Assembly: GCA_041740355.1 (NCBI GenBank)
Contig: JBGSMD010000016.1
Location: 1 to 64,000 of the forward strand
From: Bdellovibrionota bacterium
Lineage (GTDB): Bacteria; Bdellovibrionota_C; UBA2361; CALJRW01
DNA length: 64,000 nucleotides
Reading direction: 5' to 3'
Of the stretch, positions 30,030-40,076 are shown in pieces. How positions within the stretch are numbered: position 1 is the first letter of the stretch; every line of letters begins with the position of its first letter. Under the pieces are notes generated by a model. The model was not told the DNA's origin, did not search any database, and saw nothing but the letters and a program-made list of their open reading frames with translations. A program made the translations under genes and the position numbers.

Positions 30030-30164
30030 CCCCTCAATCCGATGGAGCACGGCATGTATCCAATAAGCATAAATGTTCTCTAAGTCCTGGACTATTTGAT
30101 GAGCCTCATTCCAGTTGCCAGCAATAGCTAATTCAAGTGACTTTCTAATTAGTGGATCTGCCAT
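30012..30164 (-). pseudogene. Truncated conserved hypothetical gene (W..AH...Q ... WIHAVLHRIEGD family)
   Basis: MADPLIRKSLELAIAGNWNEAHQIVQDLENIYAYWIHAVLHRIEGD starts 2 bp after the asmA stop and is cut by the oleD fragment. Confidence 0.7.
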
Positions 30165-30166
30165 TA

Positions 30167-32083
30167 TTAGAATCCAAATTTATTTAGTAGTTCTTTCCCC
30201 GATTCTCCAAGTTTATCTTTAACTTTCTCCTTCACCTTTTCTTCAATTGCCTTGGTTGCTCCAAGCTCAATCAAACGTTTTAGGTTAGGAACAATAATTA
30301 GATTCTGCGATGTCCCTTTAATGATTAATGGTAAAACTAATTGACCATTTTTATCAAGGACATGTTTTAGCTCTTTGGTCGTTGATGCCAAGGCCTGAGA
30401 GAATGCTTGATTGAAAGTAATTTCTGAATTTAAGTTAATTGATTTGTCGAGTCCAACAGTTCCAGTGGCTGTTAGATTGAAGATTGAACTGAGTAGGCTA
30501 AGCGAGTTGATTTTCAAACTTGAACCAGCAATTCCAAAATTAGTTTTTAGTTCTTTAATTGACGTATCATCGCCAGTGATTTCTCCTCGTAGACTTTCTG
30601 GAACAGCTTCAAGCAATGAACCTGAAATAAAAGGAATGTCTTTGACTACAGCTAAAACTTTAGCTGGAAGGTTTATTCCCTTAATTGTTCCATTAGTAAG
30701 CAACAGATCTCCTTCTCCGCCTATTGAAGACATTAATTTAGGTCCCAAGCTTCCATTTGCAGTTACATTAAGACTATTCAGAGTTCCAGTAAAAATTTTT
30801 AGGATAGGCATTGGTAAAGCCTGATATGCCTGTCCCAAATCAAGTGCATTAACTTTTAAAGATGAATTAAAAGCTTGAGATTTTAAATCTGTTCCAGCAG
30901 TAACGTTAGCTGTGCCACCAAAAATATTGACTAAAGCATTCTCTAGTTTTGCATTACTGCCCTCAAGATTAGCTTTGAAATTAACATTTACTGGAGCACT
31001 GCCTACTAATAATTTAATATTTTCAGAGCTGATATTTTGTTTCTTTAAATCGGCGGCAAGATTTAAATCTCCTGCAAGTTGACTTAAATTAATTGTTCCA
31101 AATTTAGCGGCGATATCAGACAAACCAACAGTTCCCGAAGCATTTATCTCTTTTTTGTTTAGTATATCTATATTGATATTCGGAGTTACATTACCAGAAA
31201 TGCCTAGTGTTTTCAGTGCCGGTGTAAAAGGAGTCAACGCATCGGCCACCGTTGCTAATTTAATATTTGAACCAGTTAATCCAGTTTTGCCTTGGAAAGA
31301 TTTTAGATTTAAGTCGGAAGTAACTTTAAAATCAGCATCCAACACTTTAGCAGTTAAAGAATCGAGGGTGAGGTTCTGCTCTTTTAAATCAAAATTTATT
31401 GAATCAGTTGCTAATGCTAATTTACTAATACCAGCTACTTCAGCATTAACAACCAAGTTTTGTAACTTAGCAAGCGAGCCAACTAATTCCACTCCAGCTC
31501 CAACTGTTAATGGACTAATTAAAAATTTCTTATTTGTAACCTGATCTTCTAACTCAATAGTCGCATTATCAATTTGAAATTTTTCTAAAACAACTTGAAT
31601 ACCACCTGGAATTTCAGTAGGAGTAATAGTGGTAGTTTCGGCAGGTGCTTTGTCAGTTACAGTAACAGAATTTACTTCTTTTTTTTCAGGAAGAGGCAAG
31701 CCGTCGATGATCATTCCTGTTTTAGTTTTAATGATCTTAAGACTTGGATTACTTACACTAAGCTCTTTAATTAAGAGTTTCTTTTTTAATAGTTCAAAAA
31801 TTGCTACATCCAGATTAATTTCTTTAACTGTGATTCCCGGCGCTGATGCCGTCTTTCCAATAGTTAAACTAGCAACATTTACTACCGCATTTGGAAATAC
31901 TTGTAATTTCAATTCTCCTAATTCTGTAGGAGTCTTGAGGATTAGACTGATCTTTGACTCAAAAAATGGTTTGCTGGCATTTAAGATTGCTTGGCCATTT
32001 TTAAAGAGATAGACGCTACCACCAGCAATTATAACTACAATGACAACAAGCAGAATTAGTGCTAATTTTACAATCTTATTCAT
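30167..32083 (-). CDS. AsmA family (repeating beta-groove) protein
   Basis: N-terminal TM helix, beta-rich repeats, G.IKGINL and LPLIIKGT..N C-terminal motifs. Confidence 0.82.
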   Translation of the reverse strand: MNKIVKLALILLVVIVVIIAGGSVYLFKNGQAILNASKPFFESKISLILKTPTELGELKLQVFPNAVVNVASLTIGKTASAPGITVKEINLDVAIFELLKKKLLIKELSVSNPSLKIIKTKTGMIIDGLPLPEKKEVNSVTVTDKAPAETTTITPTEIPGGIQVVLEKFQIDNATIELEDQVTNKKFLISPLTVGAGVELVGSLAKLQNLVVNAEVAGISKLALATDSINFDLKEQNLTLDSLTAKVLDADFKVTSDLNLKSFQGKTGLTGSNIKLATVADALTPFTPALKTLGISGNVTPNINIDILNKKEINASGTVGLSDIAAKFGTINLSQLAGDLNLAADLKKQNISSENIKLLVGSAPVNVNFKANLEGSNAKLENALVNIFGGTANVTAGTDLKSQAFNSSLKVNALDLGQAYQALPMPILKIFTGTLNSLNVTANGSLGPKLMSSIGGEGDLLLTNGTIKGINLPAKVLAVVKDIPFISGSLLEAVPESLRGEITGDDTSIKELKTNFGIAGSSLKINSLSLLSSIFNLTATGTVGLDKSINLNSEITFNQAFSQALASTTKELKHVLDKNGQLVLPLIIKGTSQNLIIVPNLKRLIELGATKAIEEKVKEKVKDKLGESGKELLNKFGF

Positions 32084-32104
32084 GATTTTTTTTATTAATC
32101 AAAA

Positions 32105-33322
32105 GTGACGCTGGTTTATCAAATCATAACCTTGGCCTTAAGTATAATCATATATCCATGGTTAAAGATCAATAAAAAGACTGCGCCGTTTTTATCACAG
32201 CGTTATGGTTCTAATCCAGTTCCAATCGGGGAGTATTATTGGTTTCATGGGGCATCCCTAGGCGAAATTCAGGGATTAGTGCCCCTAATTAAATTACTTA
32301 GAGCGGAGAAACCTAAGGCTCAAATCTTAGGGACGGCTACTTCGGTCAAAGGTTACCAACAAATGATGGAAATTGCTGACTTTGCCTCCTTACTTCCAAT
32401 TGATCATCCAATTTACCTCAATAAATTTTTGGCTCATGCTACAATAAAAAAATTCATTTTTGGTGAAACAGAAATCTGGCCATCTCTAATTGACCACCTA
32501 ACGAAATGCAAGGTCTCCTGTTATTTAGTAAATGGCCGGTTATCGGAATTTAATTTAAAAAAATATTTATTCTTCAAGAATTTTTTCAAGCGCTCCCTTA
32601 ATAAATTAGTTGCTATAACTTGTATCTCTAAGATTTACCAAGAGCGTTTTCTCGAATTGGGCGCCAAGCCAGAGCAGGTCCAAGTAACCGGCAACTTAAA
32701 ATACGATCAGTCTGGGGAGTTGATGAACCCAGTCAGTGCTAAAATTTTAGAAGCTAAAATTTTTAATAAAAAATTACCAGTATTTACAATTGCCTCGATT
32801 CGACCAGATGAAGAGTTGTTTTTTTCGGAGATATTACAAAATTATCCAGGTAAATTTAATATCATTATCGCCCCTAGGCATCCTGAAAAATTTAATTATT
32901 TTAAAAAATATTTATTAAACTTAGATCTTGATTTCAAATTAAAGTCGGAATTAAATCAACCTACCGATTCTAACCTAGTTCTCCTTGATACACTGGGTGA
33001 GCTAAGTCAGGTATATTCTTTTACTAAGGTAAGTTTTATTGGGGGTAGTTTAATTCCTGGGATTGGAGGGCATAATCCAATGGAAGCGGCACCATATCAA
33101 AATATTATTCTAATTGGTCCCGAGCATCAGAATCAAATTGATTGTGTTAGCGAGCTACAAAAAAACAAAGCAATTTTTGTTGTAAATAGTTCCACGGAAA
33201 TTTCGGAGATCTTAGATAATTATTTAGAGTTAGAAGATTATGGAGCTAATGCCAAAGAAACCTGGCTTAGTTTTCAAAATAAAAGTAAGTTAGTTTTTGG
33301 AATGATTTTTGCAGATGCTTAA
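32105..33322 (+). CDS. waaA: Kdo transferase
   Basis: WFHGASLGE, ETEIWP, NGRLS, TGNLKYD, APRHPE, GGHNPMEAA. Confidence 0.93.
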   Translation: MTLVYQIITLALSIIIYPWLKINKKTAPFLSQRYGSNPVPIGEYYWFHGASLGEIQGLVPLIKLLRAEKPKAQILGTATSVKGYQQMMEIADFASLLPIDHPIYLNKFLAHATIKKFIFGETEIWPSLIDHLTKCKVSCYLVNGRLSEFNLKKYLFFKNFFKRSLNKLVAITCISKIYQERFLELGAKPEQVQVTGNLKYDQSGELMNPVSAKILEAKIFNKKLPVFTIASIRPDEELFFSEILQNYPGKFNIIIAPRHPEKFNYFKKYLLNLDLDFKLKSELNQPTDSNLVLLDTLGELSQVYSFTKVSFIGGSLIPGIGGHNPMEAAPYQNIILIGPEHQNQIDCVSELQKNKAIFVVNSSTEISEILDNYLELEDYGANAKETWLSFQNKSKLVFGMIFADA

Positions 33323-34304
33323 GATTTTAACCATACTTTATAGTTTAATAATCAGCAGTCGTAATTTCTTGTACAACAAAAAGATCTTAGCTAGCTACAA
33401 AGCTAGTATACCAATAATTTGCGTTGGTAATGCAACGGTAGGAGGGAATGGCAAAAGTCCGATCGTGATAAAAATTGCCCAAGATTTAAAAGCAAAAGGA
33501 TATCAGCCAGTAATTCTCAGTAGAGGATATGGAGGTAAAGTTGCAGGTCCGTACATTCTAAAAAATCATGATTTGCCTAGCTCTGTTGGGGATGAACCAG
33601 TGATGCTTAGTCGAGCTACTGGTTGTCCAGTTGTTATCTCCCGAAAACGTGTAGCCGGAGCTAAACTGATTGAGAGTGAAGTACTTGGTAATATAATAAT
33701 CATGGATGATGGCTACCAACATCGAAGCTTAGAGCGAAATTTAAATATTCTTTGTTTTGATGTGAGTTCCGAGGAAGCTATCACCTTAGCTACAAATGAA
33801 ACTTTACTCCCAGTTGGTCGCTTACGTGAAAGACTTTCTGCTGCAATACAAAGATGTCATTTAGTAATTCTTAACTCTAGAAAGAATGAATTTTCCACGC
33901 TCGATCAAACTAAATTATGTAAACTGTTCGCAAAATTACCAATTTATGAAACAAGATTAGTAACGCAGGGGTTAATAAATCTTGCCAGTACTGAGAAACA
34001 ATCCATTTCAACTGGCAAAGTAGTTTTAGTTTCGTCAATTGCCAAGCCAGAGGGTTTTAAGGAAACCGTCCTTAGTAATGGGTTCCAAGTCGCAAAAACT
34101 TTTTTTTATCCAGATCATTATGAATTAACTGATCGAGAGATAAAATTAGTCCGACAAGATTTTCCTGATCTTCCAATTATTTGCACCTCTAAAGATGCCG
34201 TTAAGATTCAAGGCAAGTCGCTAGATGCTAATATTTGGGAACTTAAAACTGAATTGCAGTTTAAAGAAAGTTCTCCAGATTGGATCACTTATTGCGTTGC
34301 TTGA
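33309..34304 (+). CDS. lpxK: Tetraacyldisaccharide 4'-kinase
   Basis: VGNATVGGNGKSP, SRGYG, GDEP, DDGYQH, LLPVGRLRE, PDH, TSKDAVK. Confidence 0.94.
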   Translation: MQMLKILTILYSLIISSRNFLYNKKILASYKASIPIICVGNATVGGNGKSPIVIKIAQDLKAKGYQPVILSRGYGGKVAGPYILKNHDLPSSVGDEPVMLSRATGCPVVISRKRVAGAKLIESEVLGNIIIMDDGYQHRSLERNLNILCFDVSSEEAITLATNETLLPVGRLRERLSAAIQRCHLVILNSRKNEFSTLDQTKLCKLFAKLPIYETRLVTQGLINLASTEKQSISTGKVVLVSSIAKPEGFKETVLSNGFQVAKTFFYPDHYELTDREIKLVRQDFPDLPIICTSKDAVKIQGKSLDANIWELKTELQFKESSPDWITYCVA

Positions 34305-35020
34305 TGATTAGAATCTAATGTTAAGTCGTCGTAGCAATTAGCCATTTCCATAAGATTATTCATCTCTGATTCAACACGATGAATCATTTCTAATAATTCC
34401 TGTTCACTAAGCTGTCTAGCTATAGTGATTGGCTTACCAATTAAAAAAGTACCCTTACAAAATGGTTTTGGTAAAATCATCTTGTCCCAGCTTTTAAATT
34501 GCCAAAAGGAATTTGTGCTAATGACTAAAGGAAAGATAGGTGTGCCAGTCGCCATTGCTAATTGAATAACTCCACGCTTTAATTTATAAATTGGGCCTCG
34601 TGGTCCATCAGGAGTTATTACCGCGGAAAAACCTTTGTTTATCAGGTCAATTAATGCAAGTAGTGCTTCCTTACCGCCTTCAGTGGAAGATCCTGCTACG
34701 GAATTGATATTAAATCTTTTAACTGTTTTCGCTATTAATCTTCCATCGGTATGTTTGGAGATCATTACATAGGGAGTTGGAGTATTTTGAAGCTTTAGTC
34801 CTAATAATAACTGCGGCATGGTTAGCTGTTGATTATGCCAAAAGGACATGATGACCGGTTTTGTTTGAAATACTTCTTGGGATGATGGGTCTAAGAATTG
34901 GTAATCCCATCGTTGGGTTGAGTAAAGTATTTTTAGAAAATAGTATCCTAAAAAGGAACCCACATTCACCATAAAAGTTCTTTTAATCTTCTTCCACTTA
35001 GACATAGCTCTGAACAACAT
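34289..35020 (-). CDS. DUF374 lysophospholipid acyltransferase family (LpxJ-like)
   Basis: FWH, S.H.DG, GSS..GG, TPDGPRGP, SWDKM.LPKPF; lipid A gene context. Confidence 0.85.
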   Translation of the reverse strand: MLFRAMSKWKKIKRTFMVNVGSFLGYYFLKILYSTQRWDYQFLDPSSQEVFQTKPVIMSFWHNQQLTMPQLLLGLKLQNTPTPYVMISKHTDGRLIAKTVKRFNINSVAGSSTEGGKEALLALIDLINKGFSAVITPDGPRGPIYKLKRGVIQLAMATGTPIFPLVISTNSFWQFKSWDKMILPKPFCKGTFLIGKPITIARQLSEQELLEMIHRVESEMNNLMEMANCYDDLTLDSNHQATQ

Positions 35021-37943
35021 CCTCTTTAAACTGTAAACTATGAAGCTTTAGGTAAGTACCATCTTTAGCTAAGAGCTCTTGGTGAGTACCTGCCTCAACA
35101 ATTCTGCCTTGCTCCATAACAGCAATCAAATCTGCATTTCTAATTGTAGAAAGTCTATGGGCAATAATAATTGCCGTTCTTCCTTTCTGCAATCTTTCTA
35201 ACGCCTTTTGAACTTCATTCTCGGAACGATTATCTAGGGCCGCAGTTGCTTCATCAAGGATTAGAATTGGAGCATTTTTTAAGATTGCTCTGGCAATCGC
35301 AATCCTTTGTTTTTCACCTCCTGATAACGTTGCACCATTTTCACCAACTATAGTTTGATAGCCATACTCAAACTGGCTGATGAACTGATCGGCATAAGCC
35401 GCTTTAGCTGCTTCTCGTACTTCTTCTAGGCTAGCCTGATGATTACCGTAGGCTATGTTATTAAAGATTGTATCATTAAATAGAAAAGTAGTTTGATTTA
35501 CCATTGCTATTTGCTTTCTCAGGTCTGTAAGTCCAAATTCCCTAAGATTAATTCCTCCGATGGTAATTTCTCCTATCTCGGGGTCTATAAACCTTGGTAA
35601 TAGATCGACCAAGGTGCTTTTTCCAGAACCAGAAAAACCAACTAATGCTAATTTTTGTCCAGGTTTTATAGAGAGGTTAATATTTTCAAGTGCTGGAGTA
35701 TTTGCTTTAGGATATGAAAAAGTAACATTCTTAAATTCAATTTGATAATTACTCGGAACTGCAATTGGTGAATCTGTTTCTTTCACCGGGGATTCAGCAT
35801 CAAGAATTTCATAAATTCTTTCCGCTCCAGATAAGCCCTGTTGTAATTGATGATAAACTTTAGAAAGTTTTTTTATTGGATCGTAAAGTAGGAATACGGC
35901 AATCAAGAAGGCAATAAACTCACCTTGGCTGCGAGTTCCAGTTATAACGCTGCTACCGCCATATATAATTACACAACAAACAGCTAGTACCGCAATAATT
36001 TCATTTACTGGATTGGACAGCGCATTGTACTTTTCGGACTTAACAAAAACATTTGTAAGCTGCTGGTTTTTAGCTTCAAATTTGTCTTGTTCAAAATTTT
36101 CTTGATTAAAAAGCTTGATTACACGGTTACCAGCAACACTTTCTTGCACTAAAGAACTAGCATTCCCAATTTCTGCTTGTCCTACTTTACTCAGTTTTCT
36201 AATTTTGCGTCCAAAGTGGTAAACTGGATAAACACAAAGTGGTAGTGCAATAAAAGCAATAACTGCTAGAGTTGGATCAAGATAAATAGCTGCTATAATT
36301 AGGGCAATTACTCTAATGGAATCTCGCACAACGGAAGCGGAAGATTTTGTTAAGAACTCACGAACTAATAGTACATCGCTGGTAAAGCGTGCCAAGATGC
36401 TACCACTAGAATTAAATGCAAAATATTCAGGAGTAAGCTTCAACAGTTGTTGGTGCATCTTATTACGCATGTCACGTACAAGGTTATGTCCAATCGAGGC
36501 CATCAAATATTCTTGTAAAAATCCGCTGACAGCACGAATAAGCCCTAATCCAATTAAGATGAAAGGTAAGATCCAGAGTGCGCTAGAACTCTTATCAGCG
36601 AAAACCCCATCTAAAAAATGTTTAATGATCAGTGGCAATGTTCCATCAGTGGCTCCAAAAATTACCATTGCACCTAATGCTAGAGCAAAGTCCTTACGAT
36701 AGTTTTTAAGATTAGCAAGTAATCGAACAACTAAGTTTGTTTTGTCGACAAATACTGTAGTCGCATGATTAATTTGAATTTCAGTAGCTGCTCTTTGATA
36801 GGCAGATGCTTGGGGAGCATTGTCAGCAACCAAGGCATTACGGATTTCCCCAAAATCTGTGAGCATCTTTAGACGATATTCTTGATTATAAATTAATTCT
36901 TTTAGTTCTTGAGCGATTGCCTCCGGCTTAAACTCTTCTTGGATAAATTCTTTAATCGTTTTGGTCTTCATTATATTGACCAAAGAAAACTCTTTCAGGG
37001 TTACAAATTTTTTAACCATCCAATGGGCAAACCAGGATGCTTGATAAAAACAACAAAATGGCAGATTTAAATAGGCAGCTTCCAAGTTGCAGGTACCAGA
37101 CTTTAGCAATCCAGCATCAACGTTTTTCATAACGACTCGGGAATCTGTTTGCGAAACTTTAATCCAGTCATATTGATCATTAATTTTTGAAAAGAGTTTA
37201 GGTGATTGTGAAGGAGCAATCACAAAAAGAGCTTGGAGTTCTGGGATTTCTTTTTTAGCTTTTAATAAACAGCTGATCATTGTTGGTAGATGTTTTAATA
37301 TTTCTGACTTGCGACTGCCTGCCAAGACAGCAATTGTTGGGTAGCTAGGTACAAGACCCAAAGATCGGAGTAGGCTACTTCGATCTTTATAATGTATTCC
37401 TTGTTCATTTAATAATTCAGTATTAAAGGGATGGCCAATAAAGTTTGCTTTGGAATAGTTATTTTTCTCAAAAAACTCTGATTCAAAGGGAAAGATAGTT
37501 AGAGTTTGATCGATGTATTTATGAAAAGATTTAATCCTCTTTTGGCGCCAAGCCCAGATCTTTGGTGGGATAAAGTATACCGTTTTGATATTAATAAATT
37601 TTGCAAAACGTGCTAAGCGGAGGTTAAAGTCTGGATAATCAACTACAATCAGCATTTCTGGTTTCCAACTTTTTAGGAAGATACAAAAACGAAAAAAAAT
37701 TGGAAAAACACTTAGGATTTTTAGTAGGTTAAAACCGTTAATTGCTCCCTTCGTTTCAGAGTTAATAATTAATTTAACTCCAGCAAGTTCCAAATTCTTA
37801 CCTCCCATACCAGCAAATTCAGCATTTGGGTATTGTTCCCTCAGTGCTTCCACTAATTTGGCAGCGTGTTGATCTCCAGATAGCTCACCGGCAGAAATTG
37901 CGATTCTAATATGTTGCTGATTGATTACATTGTGTATAGTCAA
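34998..37943 (-). CDS. lpxB-msbA: Fusion of lipid-A-disaccharide synthase LpxB and lipid A flippase MsbA
   Basis: N-terminal AGELSGD, DYPDFN, P.IWAWR, GSRKSE, SGT..LE; C-terminal ABC TM domain, GFSGSGKST, LSGGEKQR, LDEAT, AHRLST in one 981 aa frame. Confidence 0.9.
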   Translation of the reverse strand: MTIHNVINQQHIRIAISAGELSGDQHAAKLVEALREQYPNAEFAGMGGKNLELAGVKLIINSETKGAINGFNLLKILSVFPIFFRFCIFLKSWKPEMLIVVDYPDFNLRLARFAKFINIKTVYFIPPKIWAWRQKRIKSFHKYIDQTLTIFPFESEFFEKNNYSKANFIGHPFNTELLNEQGIHYKDRSSLLRSLGLVPSYPTIAVLAGSRKSEILKHLPTMISCLLKAKKEIPELQALFVIAPSQSPKLFSKINDQYDWIKVSQTDSRVVMKNVDAGLLKSGTCNLEAAYLNLPFCCFYQASWFAHWMVKKFVTLKEFSLVNIMKTKTIKEFIQEEFKPEAIAQELKELIYNQEYRLKMLTDFGEIRNALVADNAPQASAYQRAATEIQINHATTVFVDKTNLVVRLLANLKNYRKDFALALGAMVIFGATDGTLPLIIKHFLDGVFADKSSSALWILPFILIGLGLIRAVSGFLQEYLMASIGHNLVRDMRNKMHQQLLKLTPEYFAFNSSGSILARFTSDVLLVREFLTKSSASVVRDSIRVIALIIAAIYLDPTLAVIAFIALPLCVYPVYHFGRKIRKLSKVGQAEIGNASSLVQESVAGNRVIKLFNQENFEQDKFEAKNQQLTNVFVKSEKYNALSNPVNEIIAVLAVCCVIIYGGSSVITGTRSQGEFIAFLIAVFLLYDPIKKLSKVYHQLQQGLSGAERIYEILDAESPVKETDSPIAVPSNYQIEFKNVTFSYPKANTPALENINLSIKPGQKLALVGFSGSGKSTLVDLLPRFIDPEIGEITIGGINLREFGLTDLRKQIAMVNQTTFLFNDTIFNNIAYGNHQASLEEVREAAKAAYADQFISQFEYGYQTIVGENGATLSGGEKQRIAIARAILKNAPILILDEATAALDNRSENEVQKALERLQKGRTAIIIAHRLSTIRNADLIAVMEQGRIVEAGTHQELLAKDGTYLKLHSLQFKEDVVQSYV

Positions 37944-37962
37944 AGTGAGATCCTGAAGTATT

Positions 37963-38109
37963 TATAGTGAGTCCAAAAAGTAATTTCCTATGGAAATTAT
38001 TTTTTGGGGCTTACTATCCCCCGGAGGGATAAAAAATTCATATAGTTATGACAAAAAACACAAAACTTATTTTTAAAACATTCGGAAAATACTTTTTGTC
38101 ATAACTATA
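37963..38109 (+). mobile_element. TATAGT MITE-like element, subtype 2 (147 bp)
   Basis: TATAGTGAGTCCAAAAA...TTTTTGTCATAACTATA with three internal hairpins; homologous to the 53933 and 63224 copies. Confidence 0.88.
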
Positions 38110-38219
38110 TATAATGAGTTTATACTATCAAATTAGTATTTATTTGCCAAAGTTTAAACTACTAGCGCCACTTAGGAAGTCTTCCCAGTTCCTAAGGATT
38201 TAAAGTCTTTATTTTAAGT

Positions 38220-40076
38220 ATGCGAAACTATAATTTTCTCTGTAAATACGTATTAATTTCAACAATTTTACTTTTTGTTTCTTGTAGTACAAAAGCTGAA
38301 CAGCCAGCTACCTTGGAACCAGTTGTAGCAGCCGCGAAACCTTTAGGAGAATTAAATTCCACTAAAAAATTCTCGACTTTAGATGTGGAAGCCTTCAAAG
38401 AGAGCGATCTCAGCAAGTATCAAGAAATAATTCAGAAAAATCTTGTTATTAAAGTTTCTGACGAAGTTTTGAGGCAAGAAATAACAACAGGAATATTAAA
38501 AGCAGCTAAGACCTATCATCTAAATCCAATATTTTTATTGGCAATTGCCGAAGCCACCTCTAACCTGAAACCAGATTTTATTGGGAATGATCGCTTTGGC
38601 TTTATTCCACTAAATCAAGCCAAGGCTAATTATATTTCCAAGCTTTACAATATTCCCCTGAGTGATCCGGCAGAGTTACAAAATTTTTCTAAAAATTTAG
38701 AATTAGCAGGAGCATATTTTGGTTTCGTGGGTGAGCTTTATCAAAATAACTATGAGCATTATGTCTTAGCTTATAATTGGAATGCTGAAGCTTTAAGTGT
38801 TTTTCTTAAAAGCAGAACGGGCTTACCAAAGGAACACCAGAAGTTACTCAGTCAAGTAGCTAAGGTTTATCAGTCTTATTTTCAAGAGCAGAAACTTGGA
38901 ACTACTCCTATTGAAAAATCAGCAGGAACAACTGATAGGAAAACAGTAGAAAATCCAGAAGTACCAAAAGCGAGCGACCCTGTTGCTACAAAAGAGGTGG
39001 AGCTAAGCCAAGTTGACCCAATTATTAAAACTGATTCTACTAAATCATTGCCAGAGTATTATCTCACAACAAAAACTAAAAAATCTTCTAATGAATATTA
39101 TCAAAAATTATTAAGTTTAACTCTAGCTGAGAAAATAAATCTTACGAATCCACAGATAATCCTAAAGGCAATCGTCGCTAAAAGTATGGAGGCTAATATT
39201 GATCCCGTTTTCGTTTTTAGTTTTATTAAAAATTCTAGTAATTTTAATGAGCAACTAAGTATTAATAATAAATTTGGAATACTACAAATTTCTTTAGAAG
39301 ATGCTGAGCTAGCGGCAAATTTTATAGGACAACCTTGGACTGGAAAAGATAGTTTATATGTAGTGGAGCAAAACTTAGCTCTAGGTCTGGGGTATTTAAA
39401 GATTTGTCATAATATTTTTGATAATAATTCTTTTCAAGCATTAGCTGGATATCGTTGGGGAATTAAAAATTTAATCTTAGCTTTAAAAAACAAATCTGAT
39501 ATTCCTCCCTTGGTTATTCGTTACCCACAGATAATCTTAGAGGAATATCAAACTTATAAGGGAGAATTGAATAATCCTAAACAAAATAAATTAGCAGAGA
39601 CTGGTGACCGTAAGAACATTACTCTTGCTGTGGAGCCGCTCCAAAAATTTATTTGTCACTCGACACAGGAATTAGATCTATGCACCAAGCTGACAAATCT
39701 AATCAAGAAAGAATCCGGTTATTATCAAGTTACACCAATGACCTTAGCAAAATATGCTCAACTGCAAAGTAACTTTAAAGTAGATTTGCAGGCCAATGGT
39801 CGATTCGGATTATTTCAATGGAGTGCGAGTGAGGCTGAAAAAATTGCCGAGTATGCCAAAGTTGCTTGGGCTGGTCCAAAAGAATTACTAAAACCTGAGT
39901 ATTCCATAAAAATTGCGGCAAAATATTATAATTATTTGGAGCAAAGATTCAAAGGTAATAAGAAATATATTGCTCTGGCTTTATTTTGGGATGTTGATCT
40001 TTTAACCAAAACTATCAGTTCAAAAGGAGCGATCCCTAATGATGTGAACTCTAAGGCGACGCAACTTCTACAATAG
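38220..40076 (+). CDS. Lipoprotein with three SLT (lytic transglycosylase)-like domains
   Basis: Lipobox FVSC; repeated xS-NF/L ... FG(F/I/L)x(Q/P) ... N/S...G/A..Y ... AY.W pattern three times. Confidence 0.72.
   Translation: MRNYNFLCKYVLISTILLFVSCSTKAEQPATLEPVVAAAKPLGELNSTKKFSTLDVEAFKESDLSKYQEIIQKNLVIKVSDEVLRQEITTGILKAAKTYHLNPIFLLAIAEATSNLKPDFIGNDRFGFIPLNQAKANYISKLYNIPLSDPAELQNFSKNLELAGAYFGFVGELYQNNYEHYVLAYNWNAEALSVFLKSRTGLPKEHQKLLSQVAKVYQSYFQEQKLGTTPIEKSAGTTDRKTVENPEVPKASDPVATKEVELSQVDPIIKTDSTKSLPEYYLTTKTKKSSNEYYQKLLSLTLAEKINLTNPQIILKAIVAKSMEANIDPVFVFSFIKNSSNFNEQLSINNKFGILQISLEDAELAANFIGQPWTGKDSLYVVEQNLALGLGYLKICHNIFDNNSFQALAGYRWGIKNLILALKNKSDIPPLVIRYPQIILEEYQTYKGELNNPKQNKLAETGDRKNITLAVEPLQKFICHSTQELDLCTKLTNLIKKESGYYQVTPMTLAKYAQLQSNFKVDLQANGRFGLFQWSASEAEKIAEYAKVAWAGPKELLKPEYSIKIAAKYYNYLEQRFKGNKKYIALALFWDVDLLTKTISSKGAIPNDVNSKATQLLQ

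Noticed and set aside
29586-30083. 165 aa ORF as a functional epimerase
   Set aside because: It is chimeric: the start comes from antisense asmA debris, the end from an antisense hypothetical gene, and the C-terminal half of OleD is missing
30411-32012. Plus-strand ORFs inside asmA, and similar antisense ORFs in leuS, groES, oleA, msbA, traB, traK and the pilin
   Set aside because: Shadow frames opposite well-supported genes, with no motifs
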